Virus record (IMG/VR): IMGVR_UViG_3300025048_000003
Coordinates: 1-57,049 of that record
Length of the DNA stretch: 57,049 bases
Direction: 5' to 3' (one strand)
DNA from: a virus
Lineage: Duplodnaviria; Caudoviricetes
Of the stretch, positions 17,501-25,947 are shown in pieces. Each line of letters starts with the position of its first letter. Within the stretch, counting starts at the first letter, position 1. The position numbers were made by a program, and so were the translations under genes. Below the pieces are notes generated by a model. The model saw nothing but the letters and a program-made list of their open reading frames with translations, had not been told where the DNA came from and searched no databases.

Positions 17501-17732
17501 TCTGGGTACTGACCCTGATGTTGACGGAATGTTGTTGCGTGGTATGTTTACTCTCGATCACGACCCAGGAACTATCGCTGATGAGTTGTATGTTTCAACA
17601 ACCGCTGGAGATATCACGGGTGCTGTTCCCTCAGGGACTGGAGACGTAGTTCGCGTAGTAGGCTACTGCCTAGACAGCACTAACGGACAGATTTGGTTTA
17701 ACCCATCTAACGACTTTATAGTTCTTGCATAA
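14544..17732 (+). CDS. tail fibre protein
   Basis: N-terminal collagen (GPQ)n, GNVGIGTTSP motif, many 14-aa NTAVGYQAL-type repeats. Confidence 0.85.
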   Translation: MAKVKITVSKGPQGPQGPQGPLGPVGPSGPQGIQGQPGSDGTVTGNINNISNVSLDFNAANLTTQLIPTVGDVSPLYQRVLVWDPVDNNIKLLEDTPGTYVVNAIGGSPSAGYQFVSPIFSSTTGGSIPGLFASDATISVNESGQIPTSANLYVNGNVRFNGAIQVGDTSSISYSFPTADGSAGHFLKTDGNGQLSFAAGSSLSLGTTSTTALAGDTTTITSAQASAITANTSKVSYTDASAVAANSVKVGITTQQASDITANNAKTGITSGQASAITANTAKVSYTDGAVDSRIAAANISDLTDIPAIGTAGQVLVVNSGATALEYADQTSGGSSAWTTTGNDIYYTTGNVGIGTTSPSQALHVSGTDKHIYIEDGNLKLDRNNEGRIEFGLAAQMWGASNANSAYLEKSGSDYRIDFHTQTGGLTSRNTSTGKYFKIEPELFTVNDYGAFKYVQHNAANNNSGKVLEFSNGSASANRGLVQINGDLKINDYTTSSAVEKIKLRNDGKIKAIFGTENVIIGDAEQSLTGYSNTAIGSFALREAVYANQNVAIGQQAQRYTTGNYNVTVGTQANMYTTGSSNVVVGGLAAKGGSTSSFTNTVAVGHQALTSLTSGAKNTAVGYQVNYAVTTGANNTGVGFQANRFNVTTSNNTGFGYLANSRSTGSNNTAVGSEAAEGVIGSSTFSNTVAVGYQALTALTTGASNTAVGYQALTALTTGSNNTAFGYQALDTTVSGSHNTAIGRLAGFSLTSGIINTFVGYNAGYNVTSSGNNVLIGGQAGEGVSTGSGNNVVIGNASMRNVSTDAAYSVSIGSSAFRYGTGDNTVAVGYQAAMGVSGSTTSNTLAVGYQALTALTTGSGNTAVGYQAGLATTTGASNVFVGYQAGSAVTTDSNKLYIANSNTSTPLIYGEFDNDVIKVNGTLEVTEGITINKTADTHFSHNGDVMYFGSGSTTQGELCYLNSSGGWTAADADATGTAGGVMLAIALGTDPDVDGMLLRGMFTLDHDPGTIADELYVSTTAGDITGAVPSGTGDVVRVVGYCLDSTNGQIWFNPSNDFIVLA
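16140..17210 (+). repeat. coding tandem repeats (NTAVGYQALTALTTG type)
   Basis: Visible in both the translation and the DNA; boundaries approximate. Confidence 0.8.
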
Positions 17733-18949
17733 TGCCAGACATAACATCACATAACGGAATAGACGTGGCAAACATAGCATCAATAAACGGACAAGACGTC
17801 CCAAGCGGCGGCGGTACATCAGAACCCAGTTCTGGAATCCTTGCTCTTGGCGGTGGCGCATATGGGAGCAATACTATGACGCATGGGGAATCACCAAGCG
17901 TTTACAGAACGGCTGAGTTTCACTCTAGTGTGTCTTCACCTCCAAGCGCTTCTGACATCGCTAAGGTAAAAGGGGGGAGATACGCAATGGGCATGCTAGA
18001 TAGCTCAGGAAACCTATTTATGGTCAGCAGTGGTAGCAACTATCGTGGTAGCGGTATCTACGGAGGTTACGTGCGTCAGTTTGGACTTGAGCTAACTTCA
18101 GTTGCTGAATTTAGCTGCGGCGATAACCACACACTTGCTGTAAAGACAGACGGAACACTTTGGGGGATAGGCACTAATAGCTATGGTCAGCTAGGAAGAG
18201 GAAACACGAGTTCTCAGTATAGCACTTTCGCTCAGATTGGAACTGACACAAACTGGTCAAAAGTCTCTTGCGGAGAGGATTTTAGCGTCGCAATAAAAAC
18301 TACAGGCGCTTTGTATAGCGCGGGCCGCAACAGAAGCGGAAGAACAGGACAAGGGACTACTAGCAGTAACACTACGTCTTGGACACAAATAGGAACTGAC
18401 ACCGATTGGACTCAAATCTCTACAGGTCAGGAAGCTTCTGCCGCTATAAAGGGGGGGACTTTAGTTACCTGGGGGGATGACGGGTCAAATCAACTTGGTC
18501 TTTCGGGCTCTGGCGATCAGACCTCTCCTGGTACAGCAAACTCCGACACGGACTGGCAAAGCGTCCATGTGGGTGCTAACTACATCAAGGCTATAAAAAC
18601 TACCGATGGTCACCACTACCATTGCGGAAATGGCGGTGGCTTTGGTGGGGGAACTAGGGGGGATGGATCTGCAAGCAGCATAACTAGTTTTACGCGAATT
18701 GGAAGCGATACTGGTTGGACTGAGTTCCTTGAGAGTAAATACTCTAGTTTTGCTTATTATGTTTTTGGTAAGAAAAGTGGAAGCTGGTATGGTTGTGGCA
18801 GATTCGACAAAGCGCCATACATAAGGGTGAGCGGCACCTCCACCAACTCAAGTACAAGCACCTTTATTAATTTCACCAGTCCAGCTCCTTCGCTTATCGG
18901 TTTTGGAAACGCTGATTCTGGTAACCCTGAATTTATATACATAGTTTGA
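17732..18949 (+). CDS. RCC1/BLIP-II repeat beta-propeller protein, probable receptor-binding or fibre tip
   Basis: Repeats SCG.NHTLAVKTDGTLWG.G.N.YGQLG and QIGTDT.W..VS.G. Confidence 0.85.
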   Translation: MPDITSHNGIDVANIASINGQDVPSGGGTSEPSSGILALGGGAYGSNTMTHGESPSVYRTAEFHSSVSSPPSASDIAKVKGGRYAMGMLDSSGNLFMVSSGSNYRGSGIYGGYVRQFGLELTSVAEFSCGDNHTLAVKTDGTLWGIGTNSYGQLGRGNTSSQYSTFAQIGTDTNWSKVSCGEDFSVAIKTTGALYSAGRNRSGRTGQGTTSSNTTSWTQIGTDTDWTQISTGQEASAAIKGGTLVTWGDDGSNQLGLSGSGDQTSPGTANSDTDWQSVHVGANYIKAIKTTDGHHYHCGNGGGFGGGTRGDGSASSITSFTRIGSDTGWTEFLESKYSSFAYYVFGKKSGSWYGCGRFDKAPYIRVSGTSTNSSTSTFINFTSPAPSLIGFGNADSGNPEFIYIV

Positions 18950-18950
18950 T

Positions 18951-19208
18951 ATGGCAATATATACAGTAACGATTACGAGCGAGGATGATTTAAATCAATC
19001 CTGGGCGGACTCTAGATCTCCTAACTTTTTGTGGAAGTTTAATGAAGAACAATTAGATGACTGCGTTCAAGTTGGAGAAGGTCAGTGGCAGGCCACTTAC
19101 GAAAGCATGGAGGTGTCCTCTTCAAAAACATACACATATTTAGACATGGTTAATGGAGGCGAGGTTACTTACACGCTTCCTGCTGGTGAATACGGAATCA
19201 AGCCGTAA
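18951..19208 (+). CDS. hypothetical protein (tail module)
   Basis: 85 aa ORF, contiguous. Confidence 0.65.
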   Translation: MAIYTVTITSEDDLNQSWADSRSPNFLWKFNEEQLDDCVQVGEGQWQATYESMEVSSSKTYTYLDMVNGGEVTYTLPAGEYGIKP

Positions 19209-19246
19209 CTTTGTTTTTACTATCTTTGTCACTATAAAACAACATT

Positions 19247-19516
19247 ATGGCATTTTTATTTCAATCAAAGTCTTGGACTATCACAGGTGAGAAAGAGTTC
19301 GAAAACCACTTCACACTTTTAAATCCAACGCTATCTGTAATGCAGGTAAGCGTACATGAAGAAAACGTATACATCTCTATGCGGGCTGTAGAGAACGGGG
19401 GTGTGTTTGTGCACAACTTAAACGTTCAGTACAATAACGACGCTGGAGAGACAGACCTGGATGTGATCGTAGACGCAGCCGTCGATCAGGCATTCCCTGA
19501 GGCTACCGTCGTATAA
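19247..19516 (+). CDS. hypothetical protein (tail module)
   Basis: 89 aa ORF after TATCTTTG at 19221-19228. Confidence 0.65.
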   Translation: MAFLFQSKSWTITGEKEFENHFTLLNPTLSVMQVSVHEENVYISMRAVENGGVFVHNLNVQYNNDAGETDLDVIVDAAVDQAFPEATVV

Positions 19517-19538
19517 TACAGCTTACACGATCACAAAG

Positions 19539-19561
19539 AAGGCCCTCGCGGGCCTTTTTTT
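19539..19561 (+). terminator. intrinsic terminator
   Basis: AAGGCCC-TCGC-GGGCCTT followed by a T run. Confidence 0.85.
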
Positions 19562-19580
19562 ATTTTCTTATCTTTGTTTC

Positions 19581-20792
19581 ATGGCTGTAATTGTAGGAGA
19601 TACCATAGAGATCATTGTTTCTAGCCCAACGGTTAAAAACACAATCAGCGTATCAACTCCAGCGCCAAACAATACAATTACAGTTTCCCAAGGATTTGTT
19701 GCTGCTGTGGGGTCTGGTGGGGGCTCTGGTAGCGGAGGAACGGTAACCAGTATAACTGCTGGGGAGGGTCTCATTGGAGGAACTATAACCTCCGCTGGAA
19801 CTATAAGCCTTCCAGATACTAACGTAACACCAGGTCAGTACACGTCTGCAAACATTACCGTAGATGAAAAGGGTAGAATTACATCCGCCACCAATGGGTC
19901 TACAGGCACTGGAAGTGATGGTGAGACGCTAACCACTCAGGTTATAAACATAACCAACAACGACCCTGCTTTCGATCATATGACCACTCCTATATCTATA
20001 GGCACTTCTTTAGAGGATATATTGATTGATATGCTTTCTGTTTATAGCACCACCGTGATATTTCTCAACTCATTGAGCGTGTCTCAGCTTGGTTCTAATG
20101 GCGAATGGGGTTCATATCAACAGCTTTTCAACGTACCAGTAAGAGAGGTGGGGGCTGGAATTAGGATAAATGGATTTACATTTAGTATACCCGACACCTC
20201 AAAAACTCAAGATAATTCTGTTTCTTTTATCGCTAATAATATCGTTCATGAAAGCGGACTCGCTGATAATGTTTTTGCCCCAACCTTATCTACTGTTTTT
20301 GAGTCTATTCCTTCAGTCCCTACATCTAACTTTTTAAAGGTTTCTGCCGTAGATGATGGGGGAGGGGAAAGTATAAACATATTTTCTGCAAGTAAAGCCA
20401 TTCAATGGAGGAGAAGGGTTAAGGTCGGGTCTAGTTCAACAGCCTCTCTTGCTGATTCTGCTGCTGCTCAGACATTGTTTGGTGGTCTTTCCACAATATT
20501 TAACGGATTAATCAATGAGTCTGTCATAGATACATCTGGGGATTCTGGAACAAACACTAACGGAAACTTTACCTATATAATTTACCCAGTTAGTTTTGGG
20601 GTTATTTCTAGTATAATTCAGGACAATGGATTTCAAGTCGTTTCTGATTTTCAAATAATGATTAACCCATCTACAAACTCCACTACATTTAACATCCAAA
20701 ATGAATATGGAGTAGTTTCTGAGTATAATATTTATAGATCTAACGATTCTGGAGTCTTCGGTATTAACACACCTATATCTATTTCATTCTAA
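19581..20792 (+). CDS. tail fibre-like structural protein
   Basis: GTVTSITAG.GL.GG.IT..GTI and G.Y..ANITVD.KGRIT.A.NG fibre motifs. Confidence 0.75.
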   Translation: MAVIVGDTIEIIVSSPTVKNTISVSTPAPNNTITVSQGFVAAVGSGGGSGSGGTVTSITAGEGLIGGTITSAGTISLPDTNVTPGQYTSANITVDEKGRITSATNGSTGTGSDGETLTTQVINITNNDPAFDHMTTPISIGTSLEDILIDMLSVYSTTVIFLNSLSVSQLGSNGEWGSYQQLFNVPVREVGAGIRINGFTFSIPDTSKTQDNSVSFIANNIVHESGLADNVFAPTLSTVFESIPSVPTSNFLKVSAVDDGGGESINIFSASKAIQWRRRVKVGSSSTASLADSAAAQTLFGGLSTIFNGLINESVIDTSGDSGTNTNGNFTYIIYPVSFGVISSIIQDNGFQVVSDFQIMINPSTNSTTFNIQNEYGVVSEYNIYRSNDSGVFGINTPISISF

Positions 20793-21499
20793 TGCCAGTA
20801 TTTCCAGGACTAGTAAGGCACAATAACTCTACGGAGGCCATAATAGATGTGACTCAGGATCAAGTAAAGGGTCTTGGTTTGTTTGATTCCACCAGCGACA
20901 GATCTTCCCTTTCAAATAAAGTACAGACTAACGGCTTCCTTGCTGTAACCCAAGTAAACAACACTTACAAGGCTTTTGTTTACAACGGAAACGACTGGAC
21001 CAGCGATTCTTCCTGGACGGAGGTGGGCTCTATACCAGGGGGTAGCAAGTATTCTGTGCTTGCAAAATTAAGTGATCTTGAAAACGATTATGACTGGACA
21101 GAATCACCTCAGTTTGAGTCTGTTTTGGTCACAAGAAACAGCAGCTCTAATTCACCCGCTATTAACCTCTTTAGATCTAGAGGCTCTGAAGGATCCCTAG
21201 CTGAAACCCAATCTGGAGACGTAATAGCTCAAGTGGCTTTCTTTGGTTCTAGCATAGGCGGCAATAAAGCAACAGCTGGAAAAATGGTATTCACTCAGGT
21301 TCAGTCTGCTGGATACGGACCAGGGGTTTCTACTAAGATGGAGCTTTTTGTAGGCAACGATAGTGGCGACGTAGCGGCGCTTACACTAAACGAAGAAAAA
21401 GTTGTATCTATTTCAAGACAGTCTACAGCTCCTACTCCAGTTGCTGGAGGTATATATGCCAACACCAGTAATCAGTTGTTTTTTGGGATAGATAATTAA
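20792..21499 (+). CDS. tail fibre-associated protein
   Basis: 235 aa, S/G-rich, between fibre genes. Confidence 0.6.
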   Translation: MPVFPGLVRHNNSTEAIIDVTQDQVKGLGLFDSTSDRSSLSNKVQTNGFLAVTQVNNTYKAFVYNGNDWTSDSSWTEVGSIPGGSKYSVLAKLSDLENDYDWTESPQFESVLVTRNSSSNSPAINLFRSRGSEGSLAETQSGDVIAQVAFFGSSIGGNKATAGKMVFTQVQSAGYGPGVSTKMELFVGNDSGDVAALTLNEEKVVSISRQSTAPTPVAGGIYANTSNQLFFGIDN

Positions 21500-21532
21500 T
21501 CGTATATTTGTATCAAATAAAAAGTAAGAGAT

Positions 21533-22780
21533 ATGGCTTCAGTCTGGAAAAGAGTATTAACCCAGGAGGATTTAGCTCCCAACACTGGTACAGTAGGTGC
21601 CTCTATTGCAAACAGCCAGGAGGGTCTTGTGACTGGAAATAGCGTGTTTGATTATATCGCAGCTCAAAACTTCGGTTCTGGAGCGGGCGACATTCAATCC
21701 GTAAATCAAGGCAATGGAATTGAAACTTCTGCTACCGCTGGAGGTAACGCAGGAAACATAGCCAGTGGAGATTCTTTCATCAGGGTGAAGCCAGCTGCAA
21801 ATGGAGGTATCACTGTTGACGCAGCAGGTGTGGCTCTTTCATCAACCGTTGCTGGTAACGGATTGACCCAATCTAATGGCGTGATCAACGTGGCTGGTCA
21901 GAGTGGTATTACGGTTACCGCTAACAATATTGCTGTAAACCCAGACGACGTTACTATTGAGGTTGCAAGTGCATCTGGAGACGTACGGGTTAAGGATGGT
22001 GGTATTTCTTTTGTCAAGCTTTCTGATGCAGCGGTTCATATATCTACCGACAACTCTGGAAACTTTCCTTCGACAGACACTGAGCTAGCTTCCGCTAGGG
22101 CTATTGGTTTGTCTTTCCCTAATGTGTCTCTCCTTGGGGTAGCCAATGGAACCCAAACAACTAATTACCTTCAGCTAAATGCAAGCGGTAGTGGTATTCA
22201 GGAGGTTACTATGGGGGTTATCGACATCAGCGATGACACAGACTTCGCTGTAAATAACAGCAGCAACAATCAGCAAGACGTAGATTTAACTTTTGCTAAC
22301 TCTACCCTTACTGCCACAACTCCTGGATTAAGCACTTCATCTAACGTTACGTTCGCTAACGTTAATGCAACTGGCAACCTTAGCGTTGGGGGGGACGCGA
22401 CAATTACTGGTAACCTTACCGTTCAGGGAGATACCGTAACCATGAATACTTCAACTATCTTGGTTGAAGACAAATTGATTACTCTTGGAAATGTTTCCAA
22501 CGCATCCGTCACCACCGCTAACAACGCTGGTATTCAGGTTAATGCTAGCTCAACCGCTACTGAGTGGCCTGAGCTTCGATGGCTTAAGGACGGTCCTTTG
22601 ACTGGATGGCACGTAGAAAACTACAAGAACGCAAGAACTGGAGACTCTCTTCACCCTATTGCTGTCATGGAGGTTAAGGATAACGCAACTCCTATTCAGA
22701 CAGACGAGTCTGGAGGGATTGGATCTTTCTGGTTTGATAAGACTTCTGACAATCTTTACATCTGCACTAACATATCTTAA
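21533..22780 (+). CDS. tail fibre-like protein
   Basis: GNLTVQG.TVT.NT....VEDKLITL motif; G/N/T-rich. Confidence 0.75.
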   Translation: MASVWKRVLTQEDLAPNTGTVGASIANSQEGLVTGNSVFDYIAAQNFGSGAGDIQSVNQGNGIETSATAGGNAGNIASGDSFIRVKPAANGGITVDAAGVALSSTVAGNGLTQSNGVINVAGQSGITVTANNIAVNPDDVTIEVASASGDVRVKDGGISFVKLSDAAVHISTDNSGNFPSTDTELASARAIGLSFPNVSLLGVANGTQTTNYLQLNASGSGIQEVTMGVIDISDDTDFAVNNSSNNQQDVDLTFANSTLTATTPGLSTSSNVTFANVNATGNLSVGGDATITGNLTVQGDTVTMNTSTILVEDKLITLGNVSNASVTTANNAGIQVNASSTATEWPELRWLKDGPLTGWHVENYKNARTGDSLHPIAVMEVKDNATPIQTDESGGIGSFWFDKTSDNLYICTNIS

Positions 22781-22783
22781 TAT

Positions 22784-22957
22784 ATGCCCCTTTTAGGAAA
22801 CAAGAAGCCTGAATCCCAGGTATCAACCGACACCTTAGGTCAGCAGGAATTAAATTATTTACTTATTTTGTTGTCTGAGTCTAAGTTTGAGGGAAAAGAT
22901 GTACTTTTGCTTAGTAGTATAGTTCAAAAGCTGAACAATCAGCTGGAGGCTAAATAA
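22784..22957 (+). CDS. 57 aa helical protein (MPLLGNKKPESQ...), possible fibre chaperone
   Basis: Read by hand; fills the intergenic gap. Confidence 0.6.
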   Translation: MPLLGNKKPESQVSTDTLGQQELNYLLILLSESKFEGKDVLLLSSIVQKLNNQLEAK

Positions 22958-22980
22958 ATTTAATCTTTTAATTAATTCAA

Positions 22981-23133
22981 ATGAAGTTAGACATTCAAGA
23001 AGTCTTCTTTCTGAAGCAGTGTGCAGAATCATCAACTATTAAGGCTTCTGACGCAGCCATTGTTGCTAAGACTTTAGAGAAACTAGAAAAAGAGTTTTCC
23101 AGGCTTGAAGCTCAAGCTGAAAAAGATAAATAA
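22981..23133 (+). CDS. 50 aa helical protein (MKLDIQEVFFLK...), possible fibre chaperone
   Basis: Read by hand; AT-rich leader and coiled-coil C-terminus. Confidence 0.6.
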   Translation: MKLDIQEVFFLKQCAESSTIKASDAAIVAKTLEKLEKEFSRLEAQAEKDK

Positions 23134-23138
23134 TAATC

Positions 23139-23888
23139 ATGGCTAGTGTTTGGAAGAGGCTACTTGCAGCCCTGGTTGATGACACCTCACCTCAGTTGGG
23201 TGGTAACCTGGATGTTAATGGAAATGATATTTCAAGCACTTCTGACGGCAATGTAATAATATCCCCCGACGGCACGGGTGTTTTAGAAGTTAAAGGGGAT
23301 ACCAACGATGGTGCGATTCAGCTTAACTGCAATGTAAATACTCACGGAGTAAAAATACAATCGCCTCCCCACAGTGCAGGAGCTAGCTATACCCTAGTTC
23401 TTCCTGATGACACAGGAACTAACGGCCAAGCCCTTACCACTGATGGTTCGGGAAATCTATCTTTTTCGGATGTAGCTTCAAGCGGAACAGTTCATGTGGG
23501 ATCTGGAATTAGTAGCGCTGGAAATACAGGCGCAGGAGCCTCAACAACTACTTATGGTGGGTCTTCAGGGACTAACTCTTCTGCTGGTAGGGTTTACTAC
23601 TATACTGGAGTAGCGTGGTTACCCGCTGCACCTAATAGCGCTTCAGCAAACACAAAAATGCTGGGGATCTCAATGGGGGGAAACACTGGTGTGGGTATGT
23701 GCTTGGAGGGTTTTGTGAAAACAACCGCCACTAATTTAACCCCAGGAAGCAGAGCGTATATAAGCAACAACGCAAGCGTCACCACAACGGCTCCAACCAC
23801 TTCTGGATATTATTCTAGAATAATCGGCTATGCTGTTTCTAGTTCCGTTATATTTTTCGATCCATCTAAGGAGTACGAAACGGTATAA
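23139..23888 (+). CDS. tail fibre-like protein
   Basis: DTSPQLGGNLDVNG and YTL.LP...GT.GQAL.TDGSGNLSF fibre motifs. Confidence 0.75.
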   Translation: MASVWKRLLAALVDDTSPQLGGNLDVNGNDISSTSDGNVIISPDGTGVLEVKGDTNDGAIQLNCNVNTHGVKIQSPPHSAGASYTLVLPDDTGTNGQALTTDGSGNLSFSDVASSGTVHVGSGISSAGNTGAGASTTTYGGSSGTNSSAGRVYYYTGVAWLPAAPNSASANTKMLGISMGGNTGVGMCLEGFVKTTATNLTPGSRAYISNNASVTTTAPTTSGYYSRIIGYAVSSSVIFFDPSKEYETV

Positions 23889-23920
23889 ATCTCTTATTTT
23901 GTTTTTATTATCTTTGCTCT

Positions 23921-24205
23921 ATGCCTAGGGTAAAAAAGAAGAAGAACGTTAGCCTGAAGATGGGCAAGCATAAGTCCCGATCTGGCGGACTTACCAAGGC
24001 TGGTGTGGCTAAATACAACAGAGAGACAGGAAGTAACATAAAGACCGCTGTCACCACACCCCCTTCTAAACTTAAGAAAGGCAGCAAGGCAGCAAAAAGA
24101 AGAAAGTCTTTCTGCGCCAGAATGTCTGGGGTAAAAGGACCTATGAAAAAACCCAACGGAAAGCCAACCAGGAAGGCTCTTGCGTTACGTAAATGGAACT
24201 GTTAA
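23921..24205 (+). CDS. small basic phage protein (DUF6321-like)
   Basis: GGLT.AG...YNR.TGS and RRKSFCARM ... AL.KW.C motifs. Confidence 0.7.
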   Translation: MPRVKKKKNVSLKMGKHKSRSGGLTKAGVAKYNRETGSNIKTAVTTPPSKLKKGSKAAKRRKSFCARMSGVKGPMKKPNGKPTRKALALRKWNC

Positions 24206-24206
24206 G

Positions 24207-24392
24207 ATGAATGCTGTAAAGTACAACAAGGGTGGTAAGTTAAAGGTTAGCACGGCTACTAAGGCTGTCGCAGCTCCTAGTGGATTTCACTGGATGGAGG
24301 AGAGGGGTAGATACTTTCTTATGAAGGGTGGCTACAAGCCCCACCCTGGCGCCGTAAAGGAAGCCAAGTTTAAGATCGCAAATCACTCATGA
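24207..24392 (+). CDS. small basic protein
   Basis: MNAVKYNKGGKL...APSGFHWM; start moved to ATG 24207. Confidence 0.65.
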   Translation: MNAVKYNKGGKLKVSTATKAVAAPSGFHWMEERGRYFLMKGGYKPHPGAVKEAKFKIANHS

Positions 24393-24577
24393 AACCAAAG
24401 AAGAAAAGCAACTGCGGTTGCAAGAAGTACAAGAAAGGGGGTTCTGTAAAAGATGCTTGCTATCATAAAGTGAAGTCGCGATACAGCGTATGGCCTTCTG
24501 CCTATGCTTCTGGGGCTTTAGCTAAATGCAGAAAGGTAGGTGCTAAAAACTGGGGCAATGGCGGTAAGAAAAACTAA
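24389..24577 (+). CDS. small basic protein
   Basis: KDACYHKVK.RY.VWPSAYASGAL.KCRK motif, recurrent in aquatic phages. Confidence 0.7.
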   Translation: MKPKKKSNCGCKKYKKGGSVKDACYHKVKSRYSVWPSAYASGALAKCRKVGAKNWGNGGKKN

Positions 24578-24797
24578 AGCAGGTCTTAACCTAAAGCGTT
24601 GGTTTAAAGAGGACTGGAGGACTTTATCTGGAGATAAGGATTACTCAAAAGGTGATCGCTCATTTAGACCAACTAAAAGAATATCTAAAGATACTCCAGC
24701 AACAGCCTCTGAGTTAACTACAGCAGATAAAGCCAGAGGAAGAAAAGAGAAGCGAGAGAAGGGCAGGGTAAGTCGCTGGAAGAAGAGCTCTAAATAA
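24558..24797 (+). CDS. small basic protein
   Basis: LKRWFKEDW ... RP.KRIS..TP.TA.EL motif. Confidence 0.7.
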   Translation: MAVRKTKAGLNLKRWFKEDWRTLSGDKDYSKGDRSFRPTKRISKDTPATASELTTADKARGRKEKREKGRVSRWKKSSK

Positions 24798-24841
24798 CAG
24801 ATAGCAAATAAGTTATATATTTGCACTTCAAGTAAAATTTA

Positions 24842-25930
24842 ATGGATCAAGAAAACACCAACCCAGTAGAAGACACGGCTCAAGAAGCTGTTGTCTCTAC
24901 GCCAGAAGAGTCTACGTCATCATTTAGCTTCGTAAGCGATGAAGAGGTAGCTCAAATGAATCAACCACAAGAACAGCCTACACAGGAAGCTGCTCCAGAG
25001 GTTGAACAACCACAAGAAACTTTTTCTGAACCAACGGAAGCGCAACCAGAGGTTCAGCAAGAATATGCACCAGAAGAAGTCGAGACGGCTGTGTTCGAAT
25101 TCCTTAGCGAAAGGCTTGGGAGGAACGTAAGCTCACTTGACGACTTACAGGCGCAGCAGCAGGAGCAAAGAGAGATTGACGAGCGTATTTCTGTGATTGC
25201 GGATTTTGTCGAAAAGACTGGCCGCGACCCACAAGATTGGTTTATCTATCAGTCAATGAACCCATCCGAAATGGATGACATGACTGCTATTCAGGTCCAG
25301 ATGGCATCTGATTACCCAAACCTATCGCAAGAAGAAATCGGTATGTTGGTCTCTAGCAAGTATAAGCTCGATCCAGATCTTAACTCAGAAGACGAGGTGA
25401 AGCTTTCGCAACTGCAAATGAAGATAGACGCATCTAATGCGCGTAAGGGGATTGACGATATGCGATTGCAGTATCAGGCCCCAGAACGCCAAGCAGAAGC
25501 AGACTCTTCGCCGATTGATGATACTTGGATTTCAAACATGCGTAGTGAACTGGATGCTATGGAAGGGATTGAATTCAATCTTGGAAATGACAAGACGTTT
25601 ACTTTCGGTATGGATGAGAACTACAAGAATCAGCTGGCTGAAAAAAACACTCGCCTTGACGAGTTTTTCGATCCTTATGTGCGAGAGGACGGGAGCTGGG
25701 ATTACGACACTCTGAATATGCACAGAGCTGTGATTGACAACGTAGAGAGCATTGTCCAGTCTGTTTACAGACAGGGTATGTCCGACGGTCAGCGCGGCAT
25801 TGTGAATAAAGCAGCGAACGTATCTCCTACGTCTCCAAATCAAGGACAAGCACCTAATGGACCCGACCCACTGACTCAGCAACTAAAAGAAGCGCTGGGG
25901 GTGAATAAGGGAGGGTTCGGATTTATCTAA
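24842..25930 (+). CDS. putative capsid scaffolding protein
   Basis: Acidic, E/Q-rich N-terminus; immediately upstream of the MCP. Confidence 0.7.
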   Translation: MDQENTNPVEDTAQEAVVSTPEESTSSFSFVSDEEVAQMNQPQEQPTQEAAPEVEQPQETFSEPTEAQPEVQQEYAPEEVETAVFEFLSERLGRNVSSLDDLQAQQQEQREIDERISVIADFVEKTGRDPQDWFIYQSMNPSEMDDMTAIQVQMASDYPNLSQEEIGMLVSSKYKLDPDLNSEDEVKLSQLQMKIDASNARKGIDDMRLQYQAPERQAEADSSPIDDTWISNMRSELDAMEGIEFNLGNDKTFTFGMDENYKNQLAEKNTRLDEFFDPYVREDGSWDYDTLNMHRAVIDNVESIVQSVYRQGMSDGQRGIVNKAANVSPTSPNQGQAPNGPDPLTQQLKEALGVNKGGFGFI

Positions 25931-25947
25931 TTTTTAAAAAAAATATT

